DNA of 64,000 bases from Candidatus Uhrbacteria bacterium RIFCSPLOWO2_01_FULL_47_17 (lineage in GTDB: Bacteria; Patescibacteriota; Patescibacteriia; UBA9934; GWF2-40-263): the NCBI GenBank assembly GCA_001791305.1, contig MGEI01000005.1:210698-274697 (forward strand), in the 5' to 3' direction. Shown here piece by piece: positions 29,105 to 39,390 of the stretch (position 1 is its first letter; every line of letters starts with the position of its first letter). The translations under genes were made by a program, and so were the position numbers. The notes beneath the pieces were generated by a model that did not search any database, was not told where the DNA came from, and worked only from the letters and a program-made list of their open reading frames with translations.

Positions 29105-30298
29105 ATGGGAGATGCAGCGACGGTACGTGCAGCTTTATCGGGCTCAGATCAAAAAGACCCGAAAATCATCTATCTTTCACCCGTTCTTGCCAACGTCTGG
29201 CTTGCGCTTCAGGTGGAATACAGCAAGCGGAATGCTCCGATTCCGGCAGATGTTGCTGCGGAGATCGTGCGAAAAAATTCGAAGAACACGAAAAATCCGT
29301 TCTCAACGCTCAACAACCTCGACAAGCGAGGGGTGTTGCAAATAGCGTCAGGCAGCTCAAGTCGTCGTACACGCATTCCTCTCACAATCGGGATTGTCAT
29401 CACAACCGGAAAAGCTCCGAATGTGAAACAGATCTGGCCTGTGGAAGAAGCGGTGACTAAATTGCCGAAGCTGCCTACCGAGCCGAAGACGGAAGCCAAA
29501 GTGAAGAAACCTCCAGCCCCGAAGCCTCCTGCTCTCACAGATCTTCTCGGAGAGCCTGTGTGGGTGTATCCAAAAACACATAAGCCTGTGATGGTACAGG
29601 TGACAACACTCGAACTCTACAAAGCCCTTCTTGAAGGGGCTCGAAAAGACGAGTTTGCCCCAAAGACGACGAGTGAAATAGTTGTATATATCGCACACAT
29701 GAATGAGAAAAAAGACAGCTTGATTCATGCGATCAGTCGCATGGAAAAACAAGGATTGTTTCTTCATGTGAGCGGAAAGAAGACCAGGGTGGATCCGGCA
29801 AAGCGCGTGCTTGTCTGCCGACCTGTTCAGGTGTTCCGACATGCGAGTTGGACTTCGGGAGAAACAGTAACGTTCATTCCTCAAGAATGTGAAGCGTGTG
29901 TTGATACACGCATGCTCGCACAAGCGCAAGAAACGGTTCAAGAGCCGGTTACAAAGGTTGAAGCGCAATTGGAACACGCTCCCTCGAGCGCCCTGCCTAC
30001 AAAGGCTGAACTTGCAGTGAGGCTTACAGATAAGCAGCAGGAAGCGGAACAGCTCGCGCAGACCTGGCGTGCAGAAGAAGAAACTCTCGTGCAAGAGTTC
30101 GCGACAATCCAGGAAGAGATCGCGGATCTCGACCGGCGCCGTCATGCGCGCATGCAGCGGTTTCAAGAAGTACAAGTTGCTCTTGCCGCAAATCAGATTG
30201 GAAAACCGGAAGGCTTGGATGCACTGCGTCATGAGATCGAAGATCTTGGCATGCTCGTTTTGAACTACGATCGGCTCGTCCCGCATTTGCAGCGGTGA
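29105..30298 (+). CDS. Hypothetical protein, winged-helix-like regions plus C-terminal coiled coil
   Basis: AAGGAG SD; TLNNLDKRGVLQI and AISRMEKQGLF wHTH-like helices; E/Q/A/L-rich tail. Confidence 0.6.
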   Translation: MGDAATVRAALSGSDQKDPKIIYLSPVLANVWLALQVEYSKRNAPIPADVAAEIVRKNSKNTKNPFSTLNNLDKRGVLQIASGSSSRRTRIPLTIGIVITTGKAPNVKQIWPVEEAVTKLPKLPTEPKTEAKVKKPPAPKPPALTDLLGEPVWVYPKTHKPVMVQVTTLELYKALLEGARKDEFAPKTTSEIVVYIAHMNEKKDSLIHAISRMEKQGLFLHVSGKKTRVDPAKRVLVCRPVQVFRHASWTSGETVTFIPQECEACVDTRMLAQAQETVQEPVTKVEAQLEHAPSSALPTKAELAVRLTDKQQEAEQLAQTWRAEEETLVQEFATIQEEIADLDRRRHARMQRFQEVQVALAANQIGKPEGLDALRHEIEDLGMLVLNYDRLVPHLQR

Positions 30299-30356
30299 GA
30301 AATACTTACATCGGAATGAACCCCGGTGTTTTTTTATTGAAATTTTTGTATGAAAA

Positions 30357-30386
30357 AACCACCCGTAGCTTTAGCGAAGGGTGGTT
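30357..30386. repeat. REP-like palindrome, inverted copy of 6795-6822; terminator of the - strand gene
   Basis: AACCACCCGTAGCTTTAGCGAAGGGTGGTT preceded by A-run. Confidence 0.6.
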
Positions 30387-31923
30387 AGAGATCTTCGTCG
30401 TCATTTGCGGCTTTTTCTTTGCGTTCGGCAGCAGCAGTCTCTTTGTAGATGGCTTGTCCATCCAGAATGGCCGCGCGAATGGCGTCCGCAAACGGACTGT
30501 CCTGAAGAAACTGCCGCGCAAGAGCAAGACATTCTGGCTTTGGCTTCCAAAGCCAGCTGAACTTGAAGCGTTCCATGTCGTACAGGTTCTTGAGCTGATC
30601 AGGAACGAGCGCGAATGCGTCCGCATCCCGGGGCGAGATGAGCCCGCTTGCAAGGACGCTTCCCACAAGGGTTTTTTTCCCTTTGTATCCACGAAACATG
30701 TTGGATTCCGGTTTGTTACACACGTCAGAGGCAATCATGAACAGTCGCGCATGAGCATCCTTTCGCGAACATTTGTCCTGAAACAAATCTTCTGGATTCA
30801 GTTTACGCACTTTGAGAAGCAGGGCTTCTGCAAGTGGCAAGGCTGTCGCGAGAAAATCTTTCAGAGCCTTCGGACGTTCCGGGAAGGTTGTTTGGTACAA
30901 GTTCATGTTGCCAATCCGTGCGCTTTCTTCGCTGCGCGGATTCACAAAGCTCAATTCCCTTTTCGCATGGTCGACTTGACGATCCACCTCTGCAGGGATT
31001 GGAAGGGCAAACAAGGAACAGTATCCCTTGATGCTTGCCGCGCGATCCCAAAGTCCAGAGGCTTCTTCGTTTGTCAGGCGGTAATCCGCTTTGTGCTGCT
31101 CGATGCGTGCACCGATTGTTGTCGCTTGTTCATCGAGTTCGTTGAGTCGAACAAGAGACGAACGCGCGAGACGAATCAGTGATTCGAGTTCGCTCACATC
31201 TTCCGGCTGGTTGAGAGGAAGACATTTTTGCATGCCATCGCGCAAGATGCTGAACTTCGCATCTAGGCGATGTTTTTGCATGAGGTCATCCGTCAGGCTT
31301 TTGCGTGCATGGAGCACGTCTTGAAACTCGGAACGATCGCGACTGAACGCTGTGTAGATTTGACGAATACGATGCGGAAGTCCGATCGCTTGTTCGTACA
31401 GTTCTCGCACAAGAGTTCGCACGCGATCTTCAAGCTCGGCGTCCACACGCTGCTTGATCATCTGTTCTGTGATGATGGGAGTTGCCAATGCTGGCGCTGA
31501 GATCCTCGAGACAACCTCGGGCTGCTTCGCGCGTTCAAGATCTGTCATCTTGCACGAAAGATCGGTGACACGCGTTCGGTATCCCTCGATTGCTTTCCAC
31601 GCTTCAACAGAATCTCCAGAGATGACCGATTGAATGAGGGCTGCAAGAGAGAATGTTGGACCGCATACACCAAGCTCGGCGGCGAAATCACGATCACGTT
31701 CGATCGTTGAGAGATCGAGCAGAAACTGATCAACACGCACAAAGCGTTCTCGTTTCTTTTCGAGAAGTTCAAGCTGAACCTGTAGATTGGTGATTTGACG
31801 CTCAAGGTTTTTGCGCGCAACGCGTTCTTGCTGACCTTCTTGGTCATAGATCGCGATCATCTCATTCAGTGTTCGAATCTCAGCGGTGAGTTTCTGAATG
31901 CGAATTGTTTCTGGCGAACTCAT
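30385..31923 (-). CDS. Hypothetical coiled-coil protein
   Basis: 512-aa ORF, heptad-like E/L/Q/R-rich segments. Confidence 0.65.
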   Translation of the reverse strand: MSSPETIRIQKLTAEIRTLNEMIAIYDQEGQQERVARKNLERQITNLQVQLELLEKKRERFVRVDQFLLDLSTIERDRDFAAELGVCGPTFSLAALIQSVISGDSVEAWKAIEGYRTRVTDLSCKMTDLERAKQPEVVSRISAPALATPIITEQMIKQRVDAELEDRVRTLVRELYEQAIGLPHRIRQIYTAFSRDRSEFQDVLHARKSLTDDLMQKHRLDAKFSILRDGMQKCLPLNQPEDVSELESLIRLARSSLVRLNELDEQATTIGARIEQHKADYRLTNEEASGLWDRAASIKGYCSLFALPIPAEVDRQVDHAKRELSFVNPRSEESARIGNMNLYQTTFPERPKALKDFLATALPLAEALLLKVRKLNPEDLFQDKCSRKDAHARLFMIASDVCNKPESNMFRGYKGKKTLVGSVLASGLISPRDADAFALVPDQLKNLYDMERFKFSWLWKPKPECLALARQFLQDSPFADAIRAAILDGQAIYKETAAAERKEKAANDDEDL

Positions 31924-31981
31924 GTTAAAGCCCCATTTCCGACACTTGCCGGAGCAACGAGCATATCAGATAAAGGCGTTT

Positions 31982-32000
31982 TGTCAAGAATTCGTTGACA
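31982..32000. promoter_or_regulatory. Back-to-back -35 palindrome TGTCAA-N7-TTGACA
   Basis: TGTCAAGAATTCGTTGACA between divergent genes. Confidence 0.65.
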
Positions 32001-32055
32001 AAGTTCCCCTATTTTGTTAGTTTTCTTTCTCCGCTTCTGTGGAGAAAGGACACAC

Positions 32056-33054
32056 ATGCGTGATTACGATTATCCTGCAAAGAATACGGTTAGGGACGCA
32101 TGGATGCGTTTTTTACCGGAGTTCTTTCAAGATACGCAGGCCCACGGGCTTTATCTTCCAGGACACCAAAATCTGGAATTTCCTTGTTATGAACAGAAGC
32201 GATTGTCAAAAGATCGACTGATAGGGATCGAACATGATCCGAGTCGGTTTGCTGCGGTGAAACGTAAAGCAAATGGCATTCGCTTGATTCATGGAAATGT
32301 GAGGGATGCTGTTTGTGAAATAGAACAACAGCATATTCCGCGTCTGCGTTTTGCCAATCTGGACTTTGAAGGGTTGTACAGCCGTTTGATCAGTGAGATT
32401 CTTTCTCTTTTCCGCGTTTTTCCTTCAACGTCTGGTGGATATTTGTGTGTGACGAGTTTTAGTTCACGCGACGAAGAAACACTCCTGCAAGGAATGATTC
32501 ATACGTCCAAGTTTTATTCCGGACGTGCCGAGCGTACCGAATTCATGAGCGACTACGGTCGCATGGTGAATCGATATGTCGCATTAAAGCATATCCTGAA
32601 AGATCCTCGTGCATCTGACCATAGTCACCTTACTCGCGAACTTGGATTTCTTTGGTGGATGACGCTTGTGATGGGAGTTATGCAATTCCCTGGCGACACA
32701 TACGGAATCATTGATGAGGCGTATCTTACAGAGCTTGATGCAATTTTAGAACGGATTGACGAACGATCGCGTGCGCGCAGCGAAGGCACGCTTGATTTTC
32801 ACTTGGTCTATGATACTGAACTTGCAACACGGATGTGCGCTCATACTTCGTGTCTGTGGCCATCTGGTTTTCAGCATTTTATTTACTACACAGCACCGGG
32901 TCTCCCGATGCATGTGTGGATGTTGAAAATCGATTTCATCAATACGAAAAAGAAGCCGAGCCATCAAGACGTTCTTGAACAGGTTTGGCAGTTTGCAACG
33001 CGCACCCCGCTTATCTACGTTGATAAGATGGGTACGGCGCATAGCCTGGTGTGA
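32056..33054 (+). CDS. Putative class I SAM-dependent methyltransferase-like protein
   Basis: LYLPG, LIGIEHD (acidic beta2 end), IHGNV, ANLDFEG; GGAG/AGGA SD. Confidence 0.55.
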   Translation: MRDYDYPAKNTVRDAWMRFLPEFFQDTQAHGLYLPGHQNLEFPCYEQKRLSKDRLIGIEHDPSRFAAVKRKANGIRLIHGNVRDAVCEIEQQHIPRLRFANLDFEGLYSRLISEILSLFRVFPSTSGGYLCVTSFSSRDEETLLQGMIHTSKFYSGRAERTEFMSDYGRMVNRYVALKHILKDPRASDHSHLTRELGFLWWMTLVMGVMQFPGDTYGIIDEAYLTELDAILERIDERSRARSEGTLDFHLVYDTELATRMCAHTSCLWPSGFQHFIYYTAPGLPMHVWMLKIDFINTKKKPSHQDVLEQVWQFATRTPLIYVDKMGTAHSLV

Positions 33055-33064
33055 GGAGATTTAA

Positions 33065-33739
33065 ATGAGCGTCTCAAAATTCCTGATCGAACTCGGAAAA
33101 GCAGCGATTGAACTTGGAACACGGCTCGACATGCAAGACGCGCGACTCGATTCGCTCGGGGCACGTCGTGAGCCGCCGAAGGAAGGGGGCGAAATTACGG
33201 ATGTGATTCGCGATGCGATCATCAGGTCTCGCGCGGAATGTTCAGAAGAAGATTGGTTGCGACTGAACGGTCGGCGCGATCAAGAGTGTGTTCGTTACGG
33301 AATCACGACCGAGTCGGCCGCCGCAATTCTCGCCGGCGCGACGAAGCGTGAAAAGAAGAACGGAAACGGAAATGGCCACGCGGCTATTGTCCCCACTTCG
33401 GAGACGGTGGCTGAGACGCTGTCGTCGCCCGTTCCAAAGAGCGGCGCAAAAAAAGTTCGCAACATGTTTGATCCAAACGAGTGGGGCGAGGTCTCGCTCG
33501 AGAAGGGTGGTTCACGGAGTACGGCTCCTGCAGAACCGTTTCGCAAAGCAAATCAGCAAGACACCGACATCGTCATTCTCGTGCATCAGCTTGCTCTCGA
33601 GCATGGGAAAGATTGGAGTGAAGTGCGTCAGCAACTCTGTTGCACACGTCGTCTGACACGTCAGCAAGTTGCGGCGATCCTTGCGGAACATACGAAAGAA
33701 AAACAGAATAAGTTCACCGCGAACGCCGCACACGCTTAA
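33065..33739 (+). CDS. Hypothetical protein with two homologous HTH-like repeats
   Basis: RYGITTESAAAILAGATK vs TRRLTRQQVAAILAEHTK; GAGGAG SD. Confidence 0.6.
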   Translation: MSVSKFLIELGKAAIELGTRLDMQDARLDSLGARREPPKEGGEITDVIRDAIIRSRAECSEEDWLRLNGRRDQECVRYGITTESAAAILAGATKREKKNGNGNGHAAIVPTSETVAETLSSPVPKSGAKKVRNMFDPNEWGEVSLEKGGSRSTAPAEPFRKANQQDTDIVILVHQLALEHGKDWSEVRQQLCCTRRLTRQQVAAILAEHTKEKQNKFTANAAHA

Positions 33740-33828
33740 GACCCTTATCGCTTTCGAGACTCTCGAAGCGATTTTTTATTTACTCATAAAAAAATCGACC
33801 CGCGTGCTGCGAATCGATTTTATTTTTC

Positions 33829-35820
33829 CTACACAAGGAAGCCAACAATGAGTAACGCGACAATGTTCAAAATTTTGATCATTGGGTTAATTGCTGGTCC
33901 TGCTGTGTCTTTGTATGGATCACCGACGGTATCTCCTGTCACCGCTGCTTTGTGGGCATTGGATCCTTTTCCGCCGTAGTTTCCAGACTCAATATATTTT
34001 TTTGCATTGTCCCAAGCTCCTCCGCCTGTTGTCATCGAAATCGCCATGAAGAGTCCTGTGACGATGGAACCGATCAAGAGTCCTCCGAGCGCCTTTGGTC
34101 CAAAGGCGAATCCAACAACGATTGGGGCAAACACAGCAAGCAATGACGGAGCGATCATGAAATTGATCGCAGCTTTTGTCACAATGTCTACAGCCTTTGC
34201 GTAGTCTGGCTTTCCGGTTCCATCCATAATTCCCGGGATCTCACGGAATTGGCGGCGAACTTCTTCGACAACGGATCCAGCAGCTTTTCCAACGGCTTCC
34301 ATCGCGAGTGCGGCAAATAAGTACGTAACGATTCCTCCAAGAAACAAACCGGAGAGCACATAAGGATCGCTAACCTCGAACACAATATGAGAACCTTTTG
34401 CGGCGAGCGCATGCACATAGTCTCCGAAGAGCACGACCGTTGCGAGCCCAGCTGACCCAATCGCGTATGCTTTGGTCACAGCTTTTGTGGTGTTTCCAAC
34501 AGCGTCGAGTGGATCTGTCACGTTGCGAACGTCTTCTCCAAGATCTGCCATTTCCGCAATTCCACCTGCGTTATCTGTGATTGGACCAAAGGCGTCAATC
34601 GCAACGACAATTCCTGTAAGAGACAACATCGCCATTGCGGCAACGGCTACGCCGTAAAGTCCAGCGAGGGAGTTCGCGATCAAGATTCCAAAGACAATCG
34701 TGAGAACAGGATACGCCGTTGATTTCATGGAGAGCGCGAGCCCCGCAATGATGTTTGTACCGTGTCCGGATTCAGATGCGGCTGCAAGATCTTTTACAGG
34801 TTGATGATTTGTTCCTGTGTAATATTCTGTGATGAGAATCATGGCTGCAGTAATCACGAGTCCAAGAAGGGCTGAGTAGTACACGTTCATGACGTTTAAT
34901 CCTGCAACACCTGTGAGCATGTACTTTGTGACAGGATAAAAACCGATTGCGGCGAGTGCGCCTGCGACAAATAATCCTTTATAAAGTGCGTTCATGATGT
35001 TTCCATCTTTTCCGATTTTGATGAACAACGTTCCAACAATCGAACAAACGATGGCAATCGCTCCAAGGGCGATTGGATACAAAATAACTTGTGGGTTGTT
35101 TGCAAATAAAAGTGCTCCGAGCAACATAGCTGCAACAGATGTAACAGCATAGGTCTCGAAAAGATCCGCGGCCATTCCTGCACAGTCTCCAACGTTGTCT
35201 CCAACGTTGTCTGCAATAACCGCTGGATTGCGTGGGTCATCTTCTGGAATTCCCGCTTCTGTTTTTCCAACCAAGTCCGCACCAACGTCAGCGGCTTTGG
35301 TAAAAATTCCTCCACCCAAACGAGCGAAGACAGAAATAAGAGATCCTCCAAATCCGAGTCCGATAAGGGCTTGGACATCTTGTGTCACCATGTAAAAGAG
35401 CGTGACACCAAGGAGGGCGAGTCCAACTACAAAGAATCCGGTGACAACTCCGCCACGTACAGCAACGTCCATGGCCGCAGATAATCCACTTTTTGCGGCT
35501 TCTGTTGTACGAACGTTTGCGCGTACAGAAACGGACATTCCAATGTAGCCAGCAACTCCAGAGAGAACAGCACCGATTAAAAATCCGATCGCGAGGGTCC
35601 ATCCTAAAGCAAAGCCAAGGATCACAAAAACGACAGCACCGATCATACCGATCATTTTATACTGGCGCGCCATGTATGCGTTTGCCCCTTCTTGAATCGC
35701 AAGAGCGATTCCCTTCATTTTTCCTTCACCTGCCGGGAGCTTTAAAATCCATTGAGTAAGATAGGCTCCATAAATGAGGGCAAGCAAGCTCGCCCCGATC
35801 GCGTACATCGAAATATTCAT
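33829..35820 (-). CDS. hppA: Membrane-bound H+-translocating pyrophosphatase (K+-independent signature)
   Basis: [40 protein letters not shown]. Confidence 0.95.
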   Translation of the reverse strand: MNISMYAIGASLLALIYGAYLTQWILKLPAGEGKMKGIALAIQEGANAYMARQYKMIGMIGAVVFVILGFALGWTLAIGFLIGAVLSGVAGYIGMSVSVRANVRTTEAAKSGLSAAMDVAVRGGVVTGFFVVGLALLGVTLFYMVTQDVQALIGLGFGGSLISVFARLGGGIFTKAADVGADLVGKTEAGIPEDDPRNPAVIADNVGDNVGDCAGMAADLFETYAVTSVAAMLLGALLFANNPQVILYPIALGAIAIVCSIVGTLFIKIGKDGNIMNALYKGLFVAGALAAIGFYPVTKYMLTGVAGLNVMNVYYSALLGLVITAAMILITEYYTGTNHQPVKDLAAASESGHGTNIIAGLALSMKSTAYPVLTIVFGILIANSLAGLYGVAVAAMAMLSLTGIVVAIDAFGPITDNAGGIAEMADLGEDVRNVTDPLDAVGNTTKAVTKAYAIGSAGLATVVLFGDYVHALAAKGSHIVFEVSDPYVLSGLFLGGIVTYLFAALAMEAVGKAAGSVVEEVRRQFREIPGIMDGTGKPDYAKAVDIVTKAAINFMIAPSLLAVFAPIVVGFAFGPKALGGLLIGSIVTGLFMAISMTTGGGAWDNAKKYIESGNYGGKGSNAHKAAVTGDTVGDPYKDTAGPAINPMIKILNIVALLIVGFLV

Positions 35821-36064
35821 AATGTATGGGTCGAAAAGAATATGACTAAAAACTTGAGGGTATCGTAATGAGATATGCGCATTTTGTCAACGATTTTTAC
35901 ACAGAGGAAACACAGATTTTAACCTTAAATGAGCAGAAAAATACAAAAAAACGTTTGACGAAACAGAGAAAAAAGGCTATCATTTCCGCCATGGAAAAGA
36001 TTTAAGGAAATTTTCTATCAAACTTCACATTAAACATTTTTTTGTCCGGTCAGCCCTTTCCGTC

Positions 36065-37309
36065 TTGCGAGGATTGATTGTTGTCAAACGTGTTGCCAAA
36101 CCGTTTTTTTTGGCTACCTACCAACCGTTTAAGGCGGTTGGTTTTGTTTTTGTGAAGCTCGTCGGCGTTCCGGCGTATCGTGGAATCTTTTTTGTTCGTC
36201 GATTTGTCCATACGATTCTTTTGCCAGCCAAACACAGATTTTTTTATTTGCTTTCAAATCGGTATACCGTGCACGCCCTCATGATTATTCTTGTGGGAAT
36301 CATCGGCGTGACAAATTTTCAGACGCGCAACGTCCGTGCGGAAACATTCGGGCAAAAAAGTATTCTTTATTCCCTTGTGTCTGTTGATGATTCACAAACG
36401 GTTGAGGTCGTTGAGGCGGGAAAGTCTGTTTTGATTCCTGGAGGACAATCGAGTTATTTTGCGGACGCAACACTTGATACGCGCACACAGTTTCACCAAA
36501 CAGAATTGGATCAGACGGGGGCAACAACACAACCACAAGGCGTGCCAACACGTTCAAGTGTTGAAACATATGTTGTTCAAGAAGGCGACACACTTGGACG
36601 CATTTCTGTCCGCTTTCACTTGAGCATCAGCACCATTCTTTCTGCAAACGGACTTACGCTCCGTAGCACCATTCGTCCTGGCGACACCCTGAAGATTCTT
36701 CCAAGAGATGGAATTATTTATACCGTGAAGCGTGGCGACACGCTTTCAAGAATCGCGAATACATACAACGTTCAAATACAAGACATTGCATCGGCAAACC
36801 AGCTTGAAAGCAATGCAACGCTTAAAGTTGGGGCAGAGATTTTGTTACCAGGCGCAACACAAGTTGCAGCACCTGCCGCGCTTGCTCGTAAACCAGTGAG
36901 TGTGAAGGATATTATTTCAAACACACCTATTCCAAAAGCGTCTGTATCAACCGCTGGATGGGTTTGGCCTACAAACTGGCACGTGATTACCCAATACTAT
37001 GGTTGGAAACACACGGGAATTGACGTTGATGGCGATTACTCTACATCGAGTATTGCGGCGCATGATGGTGTGGTGAGCTACACAGGTTGGCGCACGGGAT
37101 ATGGATTAACCGTTGAGATTGATCATGGAAACGGATTAAAAACACGTTACGCACACAACTCAAAAATCTATGTTAATAGAGGGGATGTTGTTTCCGCTGG
37201 CGAACGATTAGCTCAAACGGGAACAACAGGACGTTCAACAGGAACCCACTTACACTTTGAGGTAATTTTAAATGGCAAGTTTCAAAACCCATTGTCTTAC
37301 GTGCGTTAA
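36065..37309 (+). CDS. LysM-domain M23 peptidase (start uncertain)
   Basis: Two LysM (YVVQEGDTL, YTVKRGDTL); HTGID, YAH, STGTHLHFE. Confidence 0.9.
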   Translation: MRGLIVVKRVAKPFFLATYQPFKAVGFVFVKLVGVPAYRGIFFVRRFVHTILLPAKHRFFYLLSNRYTVHALMIILVGIIGVTNFQTRNVRAETFGQKSILYSLVSVDDSQTVEVVEAGKSVLIPGGQSSYFADATLDTRTQFHQTELDQTGATTQPQGVPTRSSVETYVVQEGDTLGRISVRFHLSISTILSANGLTLRSTIRPGDTLKILPRDGIIYTVKRGDTLSRIANTYNVQIQDIASANQLESNATLKVGAEILLPGATQVAAPAALARKPVSVKDIISNTPIPKASVSTAGWVWPTNWHVITQYYGWKHTGIDVDGDYSTSSIAAHDGVVSYTGWRTGYGLTVEIDHGNGLKTRYAHNSKIYVNRGDVVSAGERLAQTGTTGRSTGTHLHFEVILNGKFQNPLSYVR

Positions 37310-38827
37310 TTAATCGTGCTGCATCTTTTGTCCGCGAAACTGCAGCGCTTCGGCAAGATGTTGTTCTTCAATGATGTTTGACTCCGCAAGGTCGGCAATG
37401 GTGCGTGCGACTTTGCGGATACGTGTTGTGGCGCGAGGAGAAAGTGATTGTGATCCGATCGCAAGACCTAACAGGGTTTTTGCTTCACTCGACATCACGC
37501 AGGTTTTTTCAAGGAGTGAAGGCGAAATTTCAGCGTTCACATGACAAGCGGAATCGAAAAATCGATCCGCTTGTTTTATTCTTGCGGCAACAACGCGTGC
37601 GCGAATGATTGCTGATGGCTCTGATTGAGTGTCCGATAACAATTTTTCCTGCGGCAGATTAGAGACTTCAATGCGCAAATCAAATCGATCAAGGAGCGGC
37701 CCGGAAATGCGTTTTTGATACGTTTGCATTTGAAATATAGTGCAAATACATTTTCGTTTGGGGTCACTCGCGTATCCGCACGGGCATGGATTCATCGCGG
37801 CAACCAAAATAAATCGTGCAGGAAATTTCACCGTCGCCTGTGCGCGAGAAATGGTCACGACACCGTCTTCAAGTGGACCGCGCAAATGTTCCAGAACATG
37901 ACGAGGAAATTCTGGGAGTTCATCCAGAAATAAAACACCACGATGCGCAAGAGATATTTCGCCTGGTGTTGGCCACGTTCCCCCACCCACAAGCGAGACG
38001 ACAGAAGCAGAATGATGGGGAGAACGAAACGGACGCGTTTCAATGAGACCAGATGAGGATGTCAGTTCACCCGCAACAGACGCGATGCTTGTGACTTCCA
38101 TAGATTCTTCTTCGGTGAGATCTGGAAGAATAGAGGGAAAGGAACGGGCAAGAAGCGTCTTCCCCGTTCCTGGTGGACCCGAAAGCAAAATATTGTGCCC
38201 ACCCGCAGCAGCGATTTCCAGTCCGCGTTTCGCAAAGTCTTGTCCTTTTATAAAGGAGAAACACTGATGATCTTCTCTCGCTCGTATTTTTCGGGCGTAC
38301 ACCGTTTTCGTCATGAGTGTGCGTCCAAGCAAATGATCAACAAGTCCACGCAATGATGTTGCACCGAACACTTCGAGATCTTTTATCACAGCGGCCTCTT
38401 GTTCATTTTCTTTTGGAACGAACATGGACGTTTTTTGAATGCGTCGAGCCATCAGTGCGGTTGTAAGAACTCCACGAACCGGTCGAATGACTCCATCGAG
38501 CGCAAGTTCACCGAGCACAACAGCATGTTCAAGCGTGTGGGCTGGAATTTCGCCGCGCGCAATTAAAATTGAAAGGGCAATTGGTAGATCATAGAGCGGG
38601 CCTTGTTTGCGTAAATCTGCCGGAGCAAGATTGATGGTTAATCGTCCGCGAGGAAATTGAAAACCACTATTTTTAATGGCAGCGCGAATGCGATCCCGAG
38701 ATTCTTTTACGGAAGTATCAGGCAATCCCACAATCGTAAAATTATTCATGCCGTTTGAAACGTCTGTTTCAACAATAACAGGAATAGCATCGATTCCCGT
38801 TGTTGTGCTTGAAATGATAGAAAACAT
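37310..38827 (-). CDS. comM: ComM / YifB Mg-chelatase-like AAA+ ATPase
   Basis: IVGLPD, INLAPADLRK, GPPGTGKT, PFRSPHH, MNPCPCG. Confidence 0.93.
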   Translation of the reverse strand: MFSIISSTTTGIDAIPVIVETDVSNGMNNFTIVGLPDTSVKESRDRIRAAIKNSGFQFPRGRLTINLAPADLRKQGPLYDLPIALSILIARGEIPAHTLEHAVVLGELALDGVIRPVRGVLTTALMARRIQKTSMFVPKENEQEAAVIKDLEVFGATSLRGLVDHLLGRTLMTKTVYARKIRAREDHQCFSFIKGQDFAKRGLEIAAAGGHNILLSGPPGTGKTLLARSFPSILPDLTEEESMEVTSIASVAGELTSSSGLIETRPFRSPHHSASVVSLVGGGTWPTPGEISLAHRGVLFLDELPEFPRHVLEHLRGPLEDGVVTISRAQATVKFPARFILVAAMNPCPCGYASDPKRKCICTIFQMQTYQKRISGPLLDRFDLRIEVSNLPQEKLLSDTQSEPSAIIRARVVAARIKQADRFFDSACHVNAEISPSLLEKTCVMSSEAKTLLGLAIGSQSLSPRATTRIRKVARTIADLAESNIIEEQHLAEALQFRGQKMQHD

Positions 38828-38838
38828 AAATTGATGAT

Positions 38839-38917
38839 AAAAAAAGAACTCCCAAGAAATTAATCTAAGGAGTTCATTTATAGAAAAGAGTTTATCGAAC
38901 TTTTTTGTGTTTGTCAA
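38839..38917 (-). promoter_or_regulatory. Promoter plus leader terminator (attenuator-like) directly before comM
   Basis: TTGACA-17-TAAACT, then GAACTCC..GGGAGTTC-T7 ending 11 nt before ATG. Confidence 0.65.
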
Positions 38918-39390
38918 ACATCTTTTTCCGTTTTGTGCGTTGTGGTCGATTGACGCGATGAAATAAGAAGGAAGATGACACCGAGAATGATGAGCAAATC
39001 TGAAAGGTTGAGTGCGGATCTTCCAAAGAAGATCAAATAATCTACTGTGAATCCGTAATAGACTCGATCAAAGACGTTTCCAATGGCACCGATGAGAATC
39101 ATCAGACTGGAGAAAGCGATTTTTGGATGTGATTTGAAATTTTTTACGATCATTTCCACAAGGAAATAACCAATCACAATGGAGATGAGGAGAATAAATT
39201 CTCGGCGAAACGGAATATCAAAGGCGAGCCCCCAATTTTTATGGATAGCGAGATTGAGAAATCCAGGATCCACAAGTGTGCTTTCATCTGGAAAATGGGT
39301 TAAGGCAAATGCTTTAATCCACTCATCGAGTAAAACCAAAAGGACGGCTGGGAGAAGGAACCAATAAAGATGTTTTTGAAGGTTTTTCAC
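38914..39390 (-). CDS. lspA: Lipoprotein signal peptidase II
   Basis: DEWIK, NWGLAF, GAIGNVFDR, VDY, NLSD. Confidence 0.9.
   Translation of the reverse strand: MKNLQKHLYWFLLPAVLLVLLDEWIKAFALTHFPDESTLVDPGFLNLAIHKNWGLAFDIPFRREFILLISIVIGYFLVEMIVKNFKSHPKIAFSSLMILIGAIGNVFDRVYYGFTVDYLIFFGRSALNLSDLLIILGVIFLLISSRQSTTTHKTEKDV

Noticed and set aside
29357-31182. 309-aa (-) and 295-aa (+) ORFs
   Set aside because: Shadow frames of the island genes that have coherent domains
38828-38917. N-terminal extensions given by the ORF track for comM (also PemK-like, dsbA, rpsT, tig)
   Set aside because: Extensions run through promoter, terminator or REP sequences; conserved N-termini begin at downstream ATGs
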